A stretch of 64,000 bases of DNA from Polyangiales bacterium (GTDB lineage Bacteria > Myxococcota_A > Polyangia > Polyangiales > Polyangiaceae), in the NCBI GenBank assembly GCA_038230375.1, contig JBBRNJ010000018.1, positions 32,001 to 96,000 of the forward strand, written 5' to 3'. Under the pieces are notes generated by a model. That model searched no databases. It was not told the origin of the DNA and saw nothing but the letters and a program-made list of their open reading frames with translations. A program made the translations under genes and the position numbers. This document shows positions 10,199 through 20,118 of this stretch, piece by piece (the stretch's first letter is position 1; every line of letters begins with the position of its first letter).

Positions 10199-11480
10199 GC
10201 GCCCTCAGTGATTCGAGCACCTTCATGAGCCCCGCACGCTCTTCCGAGAGGCGCGCCTGCGCCGCCTGCGCCTGCCCAGGCAACAGCGAGCGCGCGCGCG
10301 ACGCCAGCGCGTCAACGTCGTCCAGCCACGCGAGCGCCGCGAAGGGCGCGGTGAGCACCAGCGCCGTGGCATACGCCGCAGCCGCGAGCGGCAACCTGGA
10401 GAACGCGAGCCCGCAGAGTACCGATGCCCAGAGCGGAAACGCGAGCAGTCCCACGCCCAGCTTGTAGGTGGAGACCACGTCGCGATCCGGATTGCTGCGA
10501 CGCACGACCAACCGCGGCAGCTGATACGGCACGACATAGAGGAGCATCCCCAGGAGCGCGAGCGGCAGTATCAAGAGCAGCAGCGCCGTGCGTCGCGCGC
10601 CCGCGTTCGCGTGGCCGGACACGACGTCGTCGGTGAGCCCGGTCTCCTCCAGATGCGTGAAGTATGCATCTATCTTGGCGCGCAGCTCGGCGATCACATC
10701 GGGCTCCTCCGTGAGGAGCTTGCTTGCGCGCTCGGCGCGGCGACCCACATCATTCCATCGCGCAAGAGACTTGTCGTTCGTGTCGTTCACGTAGAGCTCG
10801 GTCACCCGGGCGATGAGGCGCCGTTCGTCCCAGGTGCGCCCTTCCACCAGCAGCTCCGAGAGATCTTGCGCGAACGTCTTCGTGACGTCCTCGGCGAGCG
10901 CGTCGCCCTCGAGTTCCCGCGCGTCCACGTCACGCACCGGCCCATACAGCACCAGCGCGCGCGAGCGGAACGTCTCGCGGTCCTCGAACTCCAGCGCGAC
11001 GGACTGGAAGGACGTGCCCTTTGCGCCCAGCGCCTTTGCGGCCGCCAGCATGCGCCCCGCACCGGACCTCAGCGACACGAGGTGCGGCTCGCTGTGGCTC
11101 GTGCCCTCCGGGAAGATGAGGATGTTGCCGCCCTCATGGAGGTGCTTCGCGATGCGTGCGAACACCTCGTCGTTGTCGCTCGCGCTCTTGTCCGGGTTGT
11201 CGCGGCGGCGGACGATGGGCACCGCGCCAGCCGCCGACAAGAGCACGTTCAGGCCGGGGATGGAGAACAGGGTGGCCTTCGCGATGGGCGACGCCTCGCA
11301 AGGCGCATGCGTGAGGACCAGCACTGGATCGACGAGACCATTCACGTGGTTCGCGCCGAAGATGCGGCCCTTCGTGTCCTTCTCGGGCACGGCGCCGCAC
11401 ACCTCGATCTCGCGGAAGTAGATCCGCGCGATCCGGCGAAACACGGCGCGGAGGCCGTTGCGGAGGAGGCTCCCTTGCAT
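10182..11480 (-). CDS. Phospholipid/glycerol acyltransferase (PlsC-like) with C-terminal TM helices
   Basis: NHVNGLVD (HX4D), IAKATLF, IFPEGTSH. Confidence 0.85.
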   Translation of the reverse strand: MQGSLLRNGLRAVFRRIARIYFREIEVCGAVPEKDTKGRIFGANHVNGLVDPVLVLTHAPCEASPIAKATLFSIPGLNVLLSAAGAVPIVRRRDNPDKSASDNDEVFARIAKHLHEGGNILIFPEGTSHSEPHLVSLRSGAGRMLAAAKALGAKGTSFQSVALEFEDRETFRSRALVLYGPVRDVDARELEGDALAEDVTKTFAQDLSELLVEGRTWDERRLIARVTELYVNDTNDKSLARWNDVGRRAERASKLLTEEPDVIAELRAKIDAYFTHLEETGLTDDVVSGHANAGARRTALLLLILPLALLGMLLYVVPYQLPRLVVRRSNPDRDVVSTYKLGVGLLAFPLWASVLCGLAFSRLPLAAAAYATALVLTAPFAALAWLDDVDALASRARSLLPGQAQAAQARLSEERAGLMKVLESLRARVEPS

Positions 11481-11499
11481 CTCCGCAATCTACGGCTCG

Positions 11500-11514
11500 T
11501 TTACGTTGCTTTAC
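11500..11514. promoter_or_regulatory. TTTAC-N5-TTTAC (GTAAA-N5-GTAAA) CpxR/OmpR-family box
   Basis: TTTAC-GTTGC-TTTAC between the divergent acyltransferase and DUF1549 genes. Confidence 0.6.
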
Positions 11515-11562
11515 GAAAGAAAAGAGCACAACCATCGGTCTATCCATCAAGGTGGGGTGCAC

Positions 11563-13428
11563 ATGAGAAGAGTGATCTGCACGGCGGGGACCCTGGGCGC
11601 GTTGTCGGTGGTCGTGCTGCTGGGCGCGGCATGTGGAGGCGGATCGCCGCCGCCGCCGAAGGTGGGCGTCACGCACTCCACCATGGATGCGGGCGCCTCC
11701 CCTGTAGTCGCAACGTCGCCCCCGCTCACGCACGAGCGAATCGATGCGCTCCTCGAGGAGGAATGGAAGAAGAAGGGCGTCACGCCGTCGCGACCGGCGG
11801 ACGACGCGACGTTCCTGCGGCGCCTCTACCTCGACATCGTGGGCACGATCCCCGAGCCGCGCGAGGTCGCAGCCTTCGCGGCCGACACGACGGCCGACAA
11901 GCGCGCGCGCAAGGTGAAGGAGCTGCTCGCATCGCAGGCATATGCGACCCACTTCATGAACTACTGGGACGACGTGCTCATGGGCCGCGAGGCGCGCGCG
12001 AACATCGTGGACCGCAATGCCTTCCGCGCGTGGCTCGGCAAGAGCTTCCGCGAGAACAAGCGCTGGGACGCGCTGGTGCGCGAGCTTGTCAGCGCCACTG
12101 GACAGAACACGCACGGCGGTCCGAAGTCGCGTCAGCTCTCCGCCATGCCGATGGTGCAGGCGCCAGAGGATGCGGACACGGAGCTTCTTGGGCTCAACGC
12201 CGCGGTGAACTATTCGCTGCGCTTCCAGGATGCGCCGCAGGATCTGGCGGGGACGTCATCGCGTGTGTTCCTTGGCGTGCAGATCCAGTGCGCGCAGTGC
12301 CACGACCACAAGACGGAGGCCTGGAAGCAGGAGGACTTCCGCAGCTTCGCGAGCGCGTTCCTGCACCTGCGCCCCAAGAACCTTGACGACGGCAAGATGA
12401 ACGGCGAGGTCCGCAAGATCGAGCTCATGGACTTCCGCGCCGTCTTTCCGCGGCTGGAGAAGAATCCTGAGACAGCGCCGATCGCGCGCGCCAAGGCCAC
12501 GGCGCTTGACGGCACGGACCTGGAGAAGGGAGATGGCACGCGCCGCGCGCTCGCGGACTGGATGGTGTCGCCAAAGAACCCGTGGTTCGCGAAGGCGATC
12601 GTGAACCGCATGTGGGGGCACTTCCTGGGGCGCGGCTTCGTGGACCCCGTGGACGATCTGCGTCCCTCGAACCCCGCCGTCGCAGAGCCGCTCTTCGATG
12701 CCCTCGCGACGGACTTCGCGCAGCACGGCTTCGACCTGCAGACGTTGATCACGCAGATCGTCAGCTCTCGCGCGTACGCGCTGTCCGCGCAGAAGAAGGA
12801 AGGCGCAGGCGCAGCATCGGACCCGGACAACCAGCTCTGGGGCCGCTTCCACCTGGTACCACTGGGCCCCGAGGAGCTGCTCAATGCTCTTGTTCGCGCG
12901 ACCAACGTGGACGAGGCGGCGCGTCGTGCGGGTGTACAGAACCTGCCCGAGCTGCGGTCGCAGATGGCGCGCTCGTTCTCGTTTCTCTTCGACGTGGACG
13001 AGGAGGCGGACACGAGCGACTACGAAGGCACCGTGACCCAGGCGCTCACGCTGCTGAATGGCAACCTCACTGGCTACGGCTCGCGGGCGATCCCCGGGAG
13101 CGCGCTCACGACCGTGCTCGCGGCGAAGAGCTCCGACGCTGACGTCGCCGACGAGCTCTACCTGCGGGTCCTGTCGCGTCCGGCCACGCCAGAGGAGCGC
13201 GCTGCGGTCGTGGATTATGTGCAACATGCAACTACTGGCGGCGCCGGGACGGCAGGTCAGGCCAGTCCGCTCACCTCGGGCAAGAAGCCAAAGCGGGCCG
13301 ACAAGCGACCCGACCCACTGAACCGGCTCGGCAACAAGAGCCGGTCCACGCAGGATCCGCGCACCGCCGCATTCGAGGACGTCATGTGGGCGCTCCTCAA
13401 CTCCAGCGAGTTTCTCTTCAATCACTGA
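11563..13428 (+). CDS. DUF1549 + DUF1553 (PSCyt2/PSD1) planctomycete-type cytochrome c lipoprotein
   Basis: Lipobox LLGAAC; DDATFLRRLYLDIVGTIP; FLGVQIQCAQCHDHK (CxxCH); FAKAIVNRMWGHFLGRGFVDPVDDL; WALLNSSEFLFNH. Confidence 0.9.
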   Translation: MRRVICTAGTLGALSVVVLLGAACGGGSPPPPKVGVTHSTMDAGASPVVATSPPLTHERIDALLEEEWKKKGVTPSRPADDATFLRRLYLDIVGTIPEPREVAAFAADTTADKRARKVKELLASQAYATHFMNYWDDVLMGREARANIVDRNAFRAWLGKSFRENKRWDALVRELVSATGQNTHGGPKSRQLSAMPMVQAPEDADTELLGLNAAVNYSLRFQDAPQDLAGTSSRVFLGVQIQCAQCHDHKTEAWKQEDFRSFASAFLHLRPKNLDDGKMNGEVRKIELMDFRAVFPRLEKNPETAPIARAKATALDGTDLEKGDGTRRALADWMVSPKNPWFAKAIVNRMWGHFLGRGFVDPVDDLRPSNPAVAEPLFDALATDFAQHGFDLQTLITQIVSSRAYALSAQKKEGAGAASDPDNQLWGRFHLVPLGPEELLNALVRATNVDEAARRAGVQNLPELRSQMARSFSFLFDVDEEADTSDYEGTVTQALTLLNGNLTGYGSRAIPGSALTTVLAAKSSDADVADELYLRVLSRPATPEERAAVVDYVQHATTGGAGTAGQASPLTSGKKPKRADKRPDPLNRLGNKSRSTQDPRTAAFEDVMWALLNSSEFLFNH

Positions 13429-13441
13429 AAGGCCCTGAACG

Positions 13442-14728
13442 ATGAGCATCTACAATCGACGTCAGGTCCTCCGGTTCGGCGCCTCTGCCATGGTGGGCGC
13501 GGTCCTCTCTCGCTTCGCCATCCGCGATGCGCTTGCAGACGACGTGGTCCCAGGCTCGGGCTCCGGCTCCGCGCCACCTGCGATCGCCGGGAAGGCGAAG
13601 GCCGTGATCGTCCTCTACATGAACGGCGGTCCGAGCCACATCGACACGTGGGATCCGAAGCCGGGCGCACCCACTGGCGGTCCGCACAAGGCGATCAAGA
13701 CACGCACCACTGGACTCCAGATCTCGGAGCACATGCCGAAGCTCGCCGACATGAGCGACAAGCTCGCGGTGATCCACAGCATGAGCAGCAAGGAGGGCAA
13801 TCACCAGCGCGCGCAGTACCTCCTTCGCACGGGCTACGCGCCCAACCCAACGGTCATTCATCCGTCGCTCGGCGGATGGGTGAGCAAGAAGCTGGGCGAG
13901 CCGAAGAACGGGCTGCCGGCGTTCGTGAGCCTTGGCGGACCGAGTCTTGGCGCCGGCTTTCTTGGCGTGCAGTATGGGCCGTTCGTGCTGCCCAAGCCGG
14001 GCCTGCCTGCCAACGTGACGTATGGCGTGGACACGGACAAGCCGCGCTTCGAGCGAAGGCTCGGCCTGCTCGACACGATGGAACAGCGCTTCTCGCAGAG
14101 CACGGGCGACGCCAAGGTGGAGGGGCGTCGCGCGCTCGAGCGGAAGTCTGTCGCGCTCATGCACACGCCGGATCTGTCGGCGTTCGATCTGTCGACCGAG
14201 GATGCGACGCGGCTCGCCACGTTCGGTGACACGGACTTCGGCCGCGGGTGCGCGACCGCAGTGCGCCTGGTGGAGAAGGGCGTGCGCTGCGTGGAGGTCA
14301 TGCTCGACGGCTGGGACACGCACAAGGACAACTTCAATCGCGTGAAGACCCTCATGGGCACGCTGGACGCCGCGATGAGCGCGCTCATCACGGAGCTGTC
14401 GCGCAAGAACCTGCTCGACTCCACGCTCATCGTCTGGATGGGAGACTTCGGACGCACGCCGCGCATCAACGGCAACGACGGTCGCGATCACTATCCGCAG
14501 GCCTGGAGCACCGTGCTGGCGGGCGCGGGCATCAAGAAGGGACAGGTCTACGGAGAGACGGACGCGAACGGCGAGAAGGTCACGAAGGATCTGGTGACCG
14601 TCCCCAACCTTGCAGCGACCATCGCCACGGTGCTGGGGATGGACCCCACCGAGTCGTTCCTGTCGCCCGTGGGGCGGCCCATCGCCATCACGGACAGCGG
14701 CGTCGCGATCAAGGCGCTGCTGGCGTAG
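13442..14728 (+). CDS. DUF1501 family protein, Tat-exported
   Basis: Twin-Arg NRRQVLR; MNGGPSHIDTWDPKP, GWDTH, GDFGRTPRINGNDGRDH. Confidence 0.92.
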   Translation: MSIYNRRQVLRFGASAMVGAVLSRFAIRDALADDVVPGSGSGSAPPAIAGKAKAVIVLYMNGGPSHIDTWDPKPGAPTGGPHKAIKTRTTGLQISEHMPKLADMSDKLAVIHSMSSKEGNHQRAQYLLRTGYAPNPTVIHPSLGGWVSKKLGEPKNGLPAFVSLGGPSLGAGFLGVQYGPFVLPKPGLPANVTYGVDTDKPRFERRLGLLDTMEQRFSQSTGDAKVEGRRALERKSVALMHTPDLSAFDLSTEDATRLATFGDTDFGRGCATAVRLVEKGVRCVEVMLDGWDTHKDNFNRVKTLMGTLDAAMSALITELSRKNLLDSTLIVWMGDFGRTPRINGNDGRDHYPQAWSTVLAGAGIKKGQVYGETDANGEKVTKDLVTVPNLAATIATVLGMDPTESFLSPVGRPIAITDSGVAIKALLA

Positions 14729-15845
14729 GTACGAGCGAGAGCACGCTCGCCTCTTCGCTCATGCGAAGGGACTCTCGTCCGTTGTCCTCCGTGATCACGC
14801 GCGTGTGTGTGCGGTCCGCGATCCATGCCAGCTGGTCTGCGAGCATGGCGCGGACGAGATCTCCGTAGACCGTCATCTTGGTGGCGGGCGCGGAGGTGAG
14901 CGTGAAGCGCTGGTACGCCTCGTAGCCCTTGTGGCGCGCGCGTATGGCTCGCTCGCCCGCGCCGTAGAGGTTCTCCACATCGATGCGCGCGTGCGGGAAG
15001 ATCGCGGCGAGCTCGCGCGTGCCCGCCTCATCCAGCGCCGTCCGTACTATCGCCTGCGTCGGGATCCACTCGTGCAACGTCACGTCGCCGCGCTCGAACA
15101 GGATGCGCAGCTCCTGCCGGTCCATCCTGCTGGCCTGCGTGAAGCCATGGTAGAAATTCACCGGCACGTCCCCGAAGCGCGCGGTGCAGAAGACCTGTTC
15201 CTCGAAGTTCGAGACCGGACGAAGCACCCGACCCGCGGACTCGACGCGGCCCTTGCCCAGCCAGCCCGCGAACATGTCGAAGAAGTGCACGCCGTGCTCG
15301 ATGAAGATGCCGCCGCTCTTCGCCCTGTCCCAGAACCAGTGGTCCGGACCCAGGCCTTCGTCGCATGCGTAGTTCTCGAACGTCGCGTGGAGAGGCTCGC
15401 CGAGCACCTTCGAAGCAATGAGCGCCGAGATCTGCGCGTAGAGCGGGTTGTAGCGCTGCATGAGGTTCGTGCACAGGAGGAGCTTGTTTTCCCGCGCAAT
15501 CGCGATCAGCTCGTCGGCTTCCTTCACGGTGAGCGCGAGCGGCTTCTCTACGATCACGTGCTTGCCTGCCAGCAGCGCGGCGCGCGCCTGCGCGTGATGC
15601 AAGAACGGCGGCGTCGCGATGTACACCAGGCCAACGTCGGGCCGCGCGAACATGGCTTCCTGTGTCTTCAGGTCCGCCAGGCCAAAGCGCGCGGCGCACG
15701 CAAGGGACGCCTCGCGATGGGTGCCGGCGATGCAGCGCAGCGCGGCCCCCGGCACCTCCGCGAACTTCTGCGCGGAGAACATCGCGAAGCCACCAAAACC
15801 GAGGATGCCGATCCCCACTGCGTCTTCGGATATGAAAGAGGACAT
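14709..15845 (-). CDS. Gfo/Idh/MocA family oxidoreductase
   Basis: GIGILGFGGF, VYIATPPFLH, GKHVIVEKP, SGGIFIEHGVHFFD. Confidence 0.9.
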   Translation of the reverse strand: MSSFISEDAVGIGILGFGGFAMFSAQKFAEVPGAALRCIAGTHREASLACAARFGLADLKTQEAMFARPDVGLVYIATPPFLHHAQARAALLAGKHVIVEKPLALTVKEADELIAIARENKLLLCTNLMQRYNPLYAQISALIASKVLGEPLHATFENYACDEGLGPDHWFWDRAKSGGIFIEHGVHFFDMFAGWLGKGRVESAGRVLRPVSNFEEQVFCTARFGDVPVNFYHGFTQASRMDRQELRILFERGDVTLHEWIPTQAIVRTALDEAGTRELAAIFPHARIDVENLYGAGERAIRARHKGYEAYQRFTLTSAPATKMTVYGDLVRAMLADQLAWIADRTHTRVITEDNGRESLRMSEEASVLSLVPTPAAP

Positions 15846-15887
15846 GGCGCACCCTACGCTCAATCGCAACCTGTGGTGGGTTTGCTG

Positions 15888-16391
15888 ATGGGCAGCAATC
15901 CTTCGACCTTGAACACGCTGCGTGCGGACGTCGACCGCGAGACAAGGCGACTCCACGTCCTGCACGAGGGCCACCTGCAGTGCCGGCGAGGGTGCAGCTC
16001 GTGCTGCGTCGATGAGCTGACAGTGTGGGAACTGGAGGCGGAGCCCATCCGGCAAGCGCACGCGGAGCTTCTCGCGAGCGGTGTCCCACACGCCGAAGGG
16101 GGGTGCGCGTTCCTGGACGCCGAGGGCGGCTGTCGCATCTACGAGGAGCGCCCCTACGTCTGCCGCACGCAGGGCCTGCCGTTGCGGTGGCTGGACGTAG
16201 AGGACGGGAAAGAGGTCGAGCTCCGGGACATCTGCCCGCTCAACATGGTCGGCGAGGCCATCGAAGATCTGGCCGAAAGCGAGTGCTGGACGCTGGGCCC
16301 CTTCGAGGAACGCCTTGCGAGGCTCGAGTTACTGGCGCGTCCCGTGCCTTCGGGGAGGATTCTTCTGCGGTCGCTGTTCACCCGGAAATGA
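15888..16391 (+). CDS. YkgJ/CxxCxxCC family cysteine-cluster protein
   Basis: CRRGCSSCC, CAFLD..GGCRIYEERPYVCRTQG, DICPLN. Confidence 0.85.
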   Translation: MGSNPSTLNTLRADVDRETRRLHVLHEGHLQCRRGCSSCCVDELTVWELEAEPIRQAHAELLASGVPHAEGGCAFLDAEGGCRIYEERPYVCRTQGLPLRWLDVEDGKEVELRDICPLNMVGEAIEDLAESECWTLGPFEERLARLELLARPVPSGRILLRSLFTRK

Positions 16392-16467
16392 GCCCGCACG
16401 GCGCGAATCAGCGTAGCCTTGAAGGGCATCGACATCTCTCGACCCTCCAACAGCAAGTGGTGATCTC

Positions 16468-16593
16468 ATGGGTGACAAGTCTCCGAAGGCCAAGAACAAG
16501 TCGAACAAGCAGCACGAAGCCAGCAAGAACCAGCAGAAGCAGGCCGCGAGCAGCAAGGCGAACGCCGCAGCCGCAGCCAAGAAGTCGAAGTAG
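16468..16593 (+). CDS. 41-aa Lys/Ala/Gln-rich basic microprotein (not in ORF track)
   Basis: MGDKSPKAKNKSNKQHEASKNQQKQAASSKANAAAAAKKSK*; mostly GC-ending codons; TAGCCT upstream; long hairpin 16599-16643 downstream. Confidence 0.7.
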   Translation: MGDKSPKAKNKSNKQHEASKNQQKQAASSKANAAAAAKKSK

Positions 16594-16701
16594 CGTCGGC
16601 CAGAGACCCTCGCCGCCATTCGAGAGCGCCGGGGGTCACTGGCAATTCGGCACTGGCCCGGTGACACGGCCGAATGTTCCGCGCTAGAACCCTTCTCCAG
16701 G

Positions 16702-17745
16702 ATGACCGCCACCCTGACTCCCGAGAAGAAGAACGGCAGCCACAAGGAGCTCTCCCCCGAGCTGCTCCTTCAGATGCACGACACCATGGTGAAGGCCCGC
16801 GTCCTCGAGGAGCGCCTGATCACCATGTACAAGCAAGGTGACGGCTACTTCTGGATTGGCGGTCCCGGCGAAGAGGCGTTTGGCGTTCCGCTCGGCATGC
16901 TGGTCCACAAGGGCCGCGGCCCCGAGTACGACTACCTGCATCTGCACTACCGCGGCTCTCCCACCATCATGGCCATGGGCGCGGACCCGGTGGACTCGCT
17001 CCGCCAGATGAAGAACACGGCGACCGATCCGTACTCGCGCGGCCGCAACTTCGTGTGTCACTACTCGATCGAGAAGTGGAACGTGGTTCCCGTGTCGTCG
17101 CCGATCGAGGTCCAGTATTCCATGGCGCCCGGCACCGCGCTCGCGAACAAGCGAGCGCAGGGCGGCAAGGGCACGGGCATCACCATCGTCACCGGTGGCG
17201 ACGCAGGAACCGCCGAGGGCGACTTCGCCACGTGCCTTGTCTGGAGCTCGCGCAAGGGCCACGAGCTGCCCATGCTGATCGTCGTCACCAACAACCTGTA
17301 CGGCATCTCCACGCCGTACGAAGGCCAGCACGGCGAGACGAAGATCTCCGATCGCGGCAAGCCGTTCGGCATGCAGACGCTCACGGTGGACGGCAACGAT
17401 CCCGAGGTGTCCTACCAGGCGCTTGCCGCCGCGATGGACTACGTGCGCACCGAGCGAAAGCCGTTCCTCCTGGAGGTGATGGTGTCGCGCCTCTACGGGC
17501 ACTCATCCGCGTCCGGCGCCAACTTCGTCGCGAACGAGACCGACTGCCTGGCCAAGTTCGAACAGAAGCTCATCGATCGCAAGCTCCTCACGCGCGAGCG
17601 CGCCGACGCGATACGTGCAACCTACAACCAAGAGCTACTCGAGGCGAGCAAGAAGGTCCGCGAGGAGCCTCAGCCACGCGCAGAGTCCATCTTCGACCAC
17701 GTCTTCGCGGAAGCGAATGGCGCCGCAACGAAGGGGAACGGCTGA
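16702..17745 (+). CDS. TPP-dependent 2-oxoacid dehydrogenase E1 alpha subunit (probably branched-chain)
   Basis: GGDAGTAEGDF...NNLYGIST TPP motif; VDGND; RLYGHSS. Confidence 0.9.
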   Translation: MTATLTPEKKNGSHKELSPELLLQMHDTMVKARVLEERLITMYKQGDGYFWIGGPGEEAFGVPLGMLVHKGRGPEYDYLHLHYRGSPTIMAMGADPVDSLRQMKNTATDPYSRGRNFVCHYSIEKWNVVPVSSPIEVQYSMAPGTALANKRAQGGKGTGITIVTGGDAGTAEGDFATCLVWSSRKGHELPMLIVVTNNLYGISTPYEGQHGETKISDRGKPFGMQTLTVDGNDPEVSYQALAAAMDYVRTERKPFLLEVMVSRLYGHSSASGANFVANETDCLAKFEQKLIDRKLLTRERADAIRATYNQELLEASKKVREEPQPRAESIFDHVFAEANGAATKGNG

Positions 17746-18809
17746 TGTCGACGATGGTCCAGGCGATTCGCATGGCGCTCCACGTCGGCGAAGAACGTCA
17801 CGGTGTCACGGATGTCTTCGGCGAGGACATTGGCCCCCCGCTCGGTGGCGCGTTCACGCAGACGCAGGGAATCAAGACCAGCTGGAACTCGCCGCTCGAC
17901 GAGCGCGGCATCGTTGGCATGGCGATCGGTCTGGCGCTCGCCGGCCAGCGTCCCGTCGCGGAGATCCAGTTCTGCGACTACGCGTTCAACACGATCGACC
18001 TCCTGAAGCTCGCAGGCGCCATGCACTGGTCGTCCGCGGGCGACTGGAAATGTCCCATGGTGCTCATGACGCCCGTCGGCGCGGGCATTCGCGGCAGCAT
18101 CTACCACTCGCACTCGTTCGACGCCCAGGCCACGCGGCTTGCCGGCTGGAAGATCGTGTGTCCGTCGAACCCGCGCGACGCGTACGGCCTCATGCTGTCC
18201 GCCATCGTCGATCCGAACCCCGTGATGTACCTGATGCCGAAGGCGCTCCTCCGCGTGAAGGGTCGCCCCGGTGAAGAGGTCCCCGGCGAGCCGGGCGACG
18301 ACAAGGCCCTCTCCAAGATGATCGATCAGCCGCCCGGCGGCGACCGCTCGAAGTGGAAGCCCGAGTGGCCGAACCTGGAGGACCTCTTCATCCCGATCGG
18401 GAAGGCGCGCACGGTGCGAGAGGGCAAGCACGTCACCATCGTCACGTACGGTCGCGACGTCTTGATGGCGCTCGGCGCCGCCGAAGAGGCCGCGAAGGAT
18501 GGCACCGAGGTCGAGGTGATCGATCTGCGCTCGCTGCACCCGTACGACTGGGATGCCATCAAGACGAGCGTGAAGAAGACCAACCGCGTCATCTTCGTGA
18601 ACGAGGACACCGAGATCACGAACTTCGGCGAGCACCTGCTCCGCCGCACCGTGGAGGAGCTCTTCTACGAGCTCCACGCGCCCCCGAAGCTCGTCGCCGG
18701 AAAGCACATCCCTGGTATCGGCCTGGCCGACAACCTGGAACATGCCAGCGTGCCGCAGAAGGCCACGATCCTCGCGGCCATTCGCGAGATCGCAGCGCAC
18801 GTTCCCTGA
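17745..18809 (+). CDS. 2-oxoacid dehydrogenase E1 beta subunit
   Basis: VFGEDIG, NSPLDERGIVG, PVAEIQFCDY, EVIDLRSLHPYD; TGATG overlap with alpha. Confidence 0.92.
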   Translation: MSTMVQAIRMALHVGEERHGVTDVFGEDIGPPLGGAFTQTQGIKTSWNSPLDERGIVGMAIGLALAGQRPVAEIQFCDYAFNTIDLLKLAGAMHWSSAGDWKCPMVLMTPVGAGIRGSIYHSHSFDAQATRLAGWKIVCPSNPRDAYGLMLSAIVDPNPVMYLMPKALLRVKGRPGEEVPGEPGDDKALSKMIDQPPGGDRSKWKPEWPNLEDLFIPIGKARTVREGKHVTIVTYGRDVLMALGAAEEAAKDGTEVEVIDLRSLHPYDWDAIKTSVKKTNRVIFVNEDTEITNFGEHLLRRTVEELFYELHAPPKLVAGKHIPGIGLADNLEHASVPQKATILAAIREIAAHVP

Positions 18810-18823
18810 GCGTCCAGGTTGCC

Positions 18824-20113
18824 GTGACCGAAGCGCGCACCCAGCTGTTTGCCGAGGCGCGAGAGTCCACGGGCCGCTTCGAGTGGCGCGAGCAAGACAA
18901 CTTCGTGGCGCGTGTCATCTTCATCGCGTCGTCGCTCGCCACGACGGGCTCGTGCGTCACCGCTTTCTCGACGGACGCGTGGTGGCTGGCCGCGCTCTCG
19001 TTCTTCCTGGGTATCGGCGTGCCCGTGGCGGTTGGCCTGCTTGCCTTCCGCAGCAGCACGAAGCCGTCGAAGATGAAGTTCCGGGTGAACCCGGACACGC
19101 GCGCGCTCGAGGTCGCGCTCTCCGGTCGGCTCGTCACGCTGCGGCATGAGGAGCTCGCGTCTGCGTGGATCGTGTCCAGGCGCTTCGTGCACGTGCGCGC
19201 AGTGGGTAGCCGCAGCCTGGTGCTGGACCTGGGTGACGAGGCATCCGCCACCGCGTTCATCGCGGAGCTCGGGCTTGGGAAGGAGCAGCGCGTGCTGGAC
19301 ATGCCGATCGCGGGATGGGTCAAGTCACTCTCGGGCCAGCGATTCGCAGCGCTCTCGCTCCTGCCCCTCTCGTTCGTGTGGATGCTGTCGTCGTTGTTCG
19401 TCGCCATCTGCATTGCCAAGCTTCACAGCGGAATGGATCTCGCGTTCCTGGCGGGCTTCAGCGCGTTGCTCCTCCTCTCTCTCGGCGGCAGCATCGCGCT
19501 CGTGAACGATCTGCGCGAGCGCAAGGTCGTGGTCGGCACGGACGGCATCCGCATCCCGCACAAGAAGGGCGCCCTCCGCTACGACGAGATCGCGCAGGTG
19601 CTTCCCTCCAAGGACGGCGTGCGCATCGTCAAGAAGGACGGCGCGTTCGTGGAGCTTCCGCTGTTCCAGGATGGCGGCTTCCCGTTCGAGAGCCTCGCGG
19701 ATGCGCGCGCCGCGCTGATCTCCCGCATCGAGGAGATGCGCACGCAGGGTGAGAAGACCTCCGACGAGCAAAAATTCTCCTTGCTGGAGCGCGCCACCAC
19801 CTCGCTCGCCGATTGGCGCAAGCAGCTCCTTGCGCTGGCGGAGCCGCGCGCCGGATACCGCGTGGCGCAGCTCACCGCAGAGGATCTCGAGCGCGTCATC
19901 GGAGACTCGGAGAGCCCGGTGGAGCGTCGCGTCGCGGCAACGGTCGCGCTGTCGGGCCTGGACAAGGTTCGTGCCCAGGACAAGGTGCGCATCGTGGTCC
20001 CCACCTGCGCCGACGACGATCTGAAGCGTGCGCTCGTGCTCGCCGCCGAGGAGGCCGCGTTCGACGAGGCGTTCATGGACGAGTCCCGAAGAGCTTCAAA
20101 GCAGCAAAGGTAA
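18824..20113 (+). CDS. Hypothetical membrane protein (4 TM, helical C-terminus)
   Basis: Fills the gap between E1 beta and the next gene; two TM pairs; C-terminal GYR...LERVIGDSESPVERRVAATVAL. Confidence 0.7.
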   Translation: MTEARTQLFAEARESTGRFEWREQDNFVARVIFIASSLATTGSCVTAFSTDAWWLAALSFFLGIGVPVAVGLLAFRSSTKPSKMKFRVNPDTRALEVALSGRLVTLRHEELASAWIVSRRFVHVRAVGSRSLVLDLGDEASATAFIAELGLGKEQRVLDMPIAGWVKSLSGQRFAALSLLPLSFVWMLSSLFVAICIAKLHSGMDLAFLAGFSALLLLSLGGSIALVNDLRERKVVVGTDGIRIPHKKGALRYDEIAQVLPSKDGVRIVKKDGAFVELPLFQDGGFPFESLADARAALISRIEEMRTQGEKTSDEQKFSLLERATTSLADWRKQLLALAEPRAGYRVAQLTAEDLERVIGDSESPVERRVAATVALSGLDKVRAQDKVRIVVPTCADDDLKRALVLAAEEAAFDEAFMDESRRASKQQR

Positions 20114-20118
20114 AGCCG

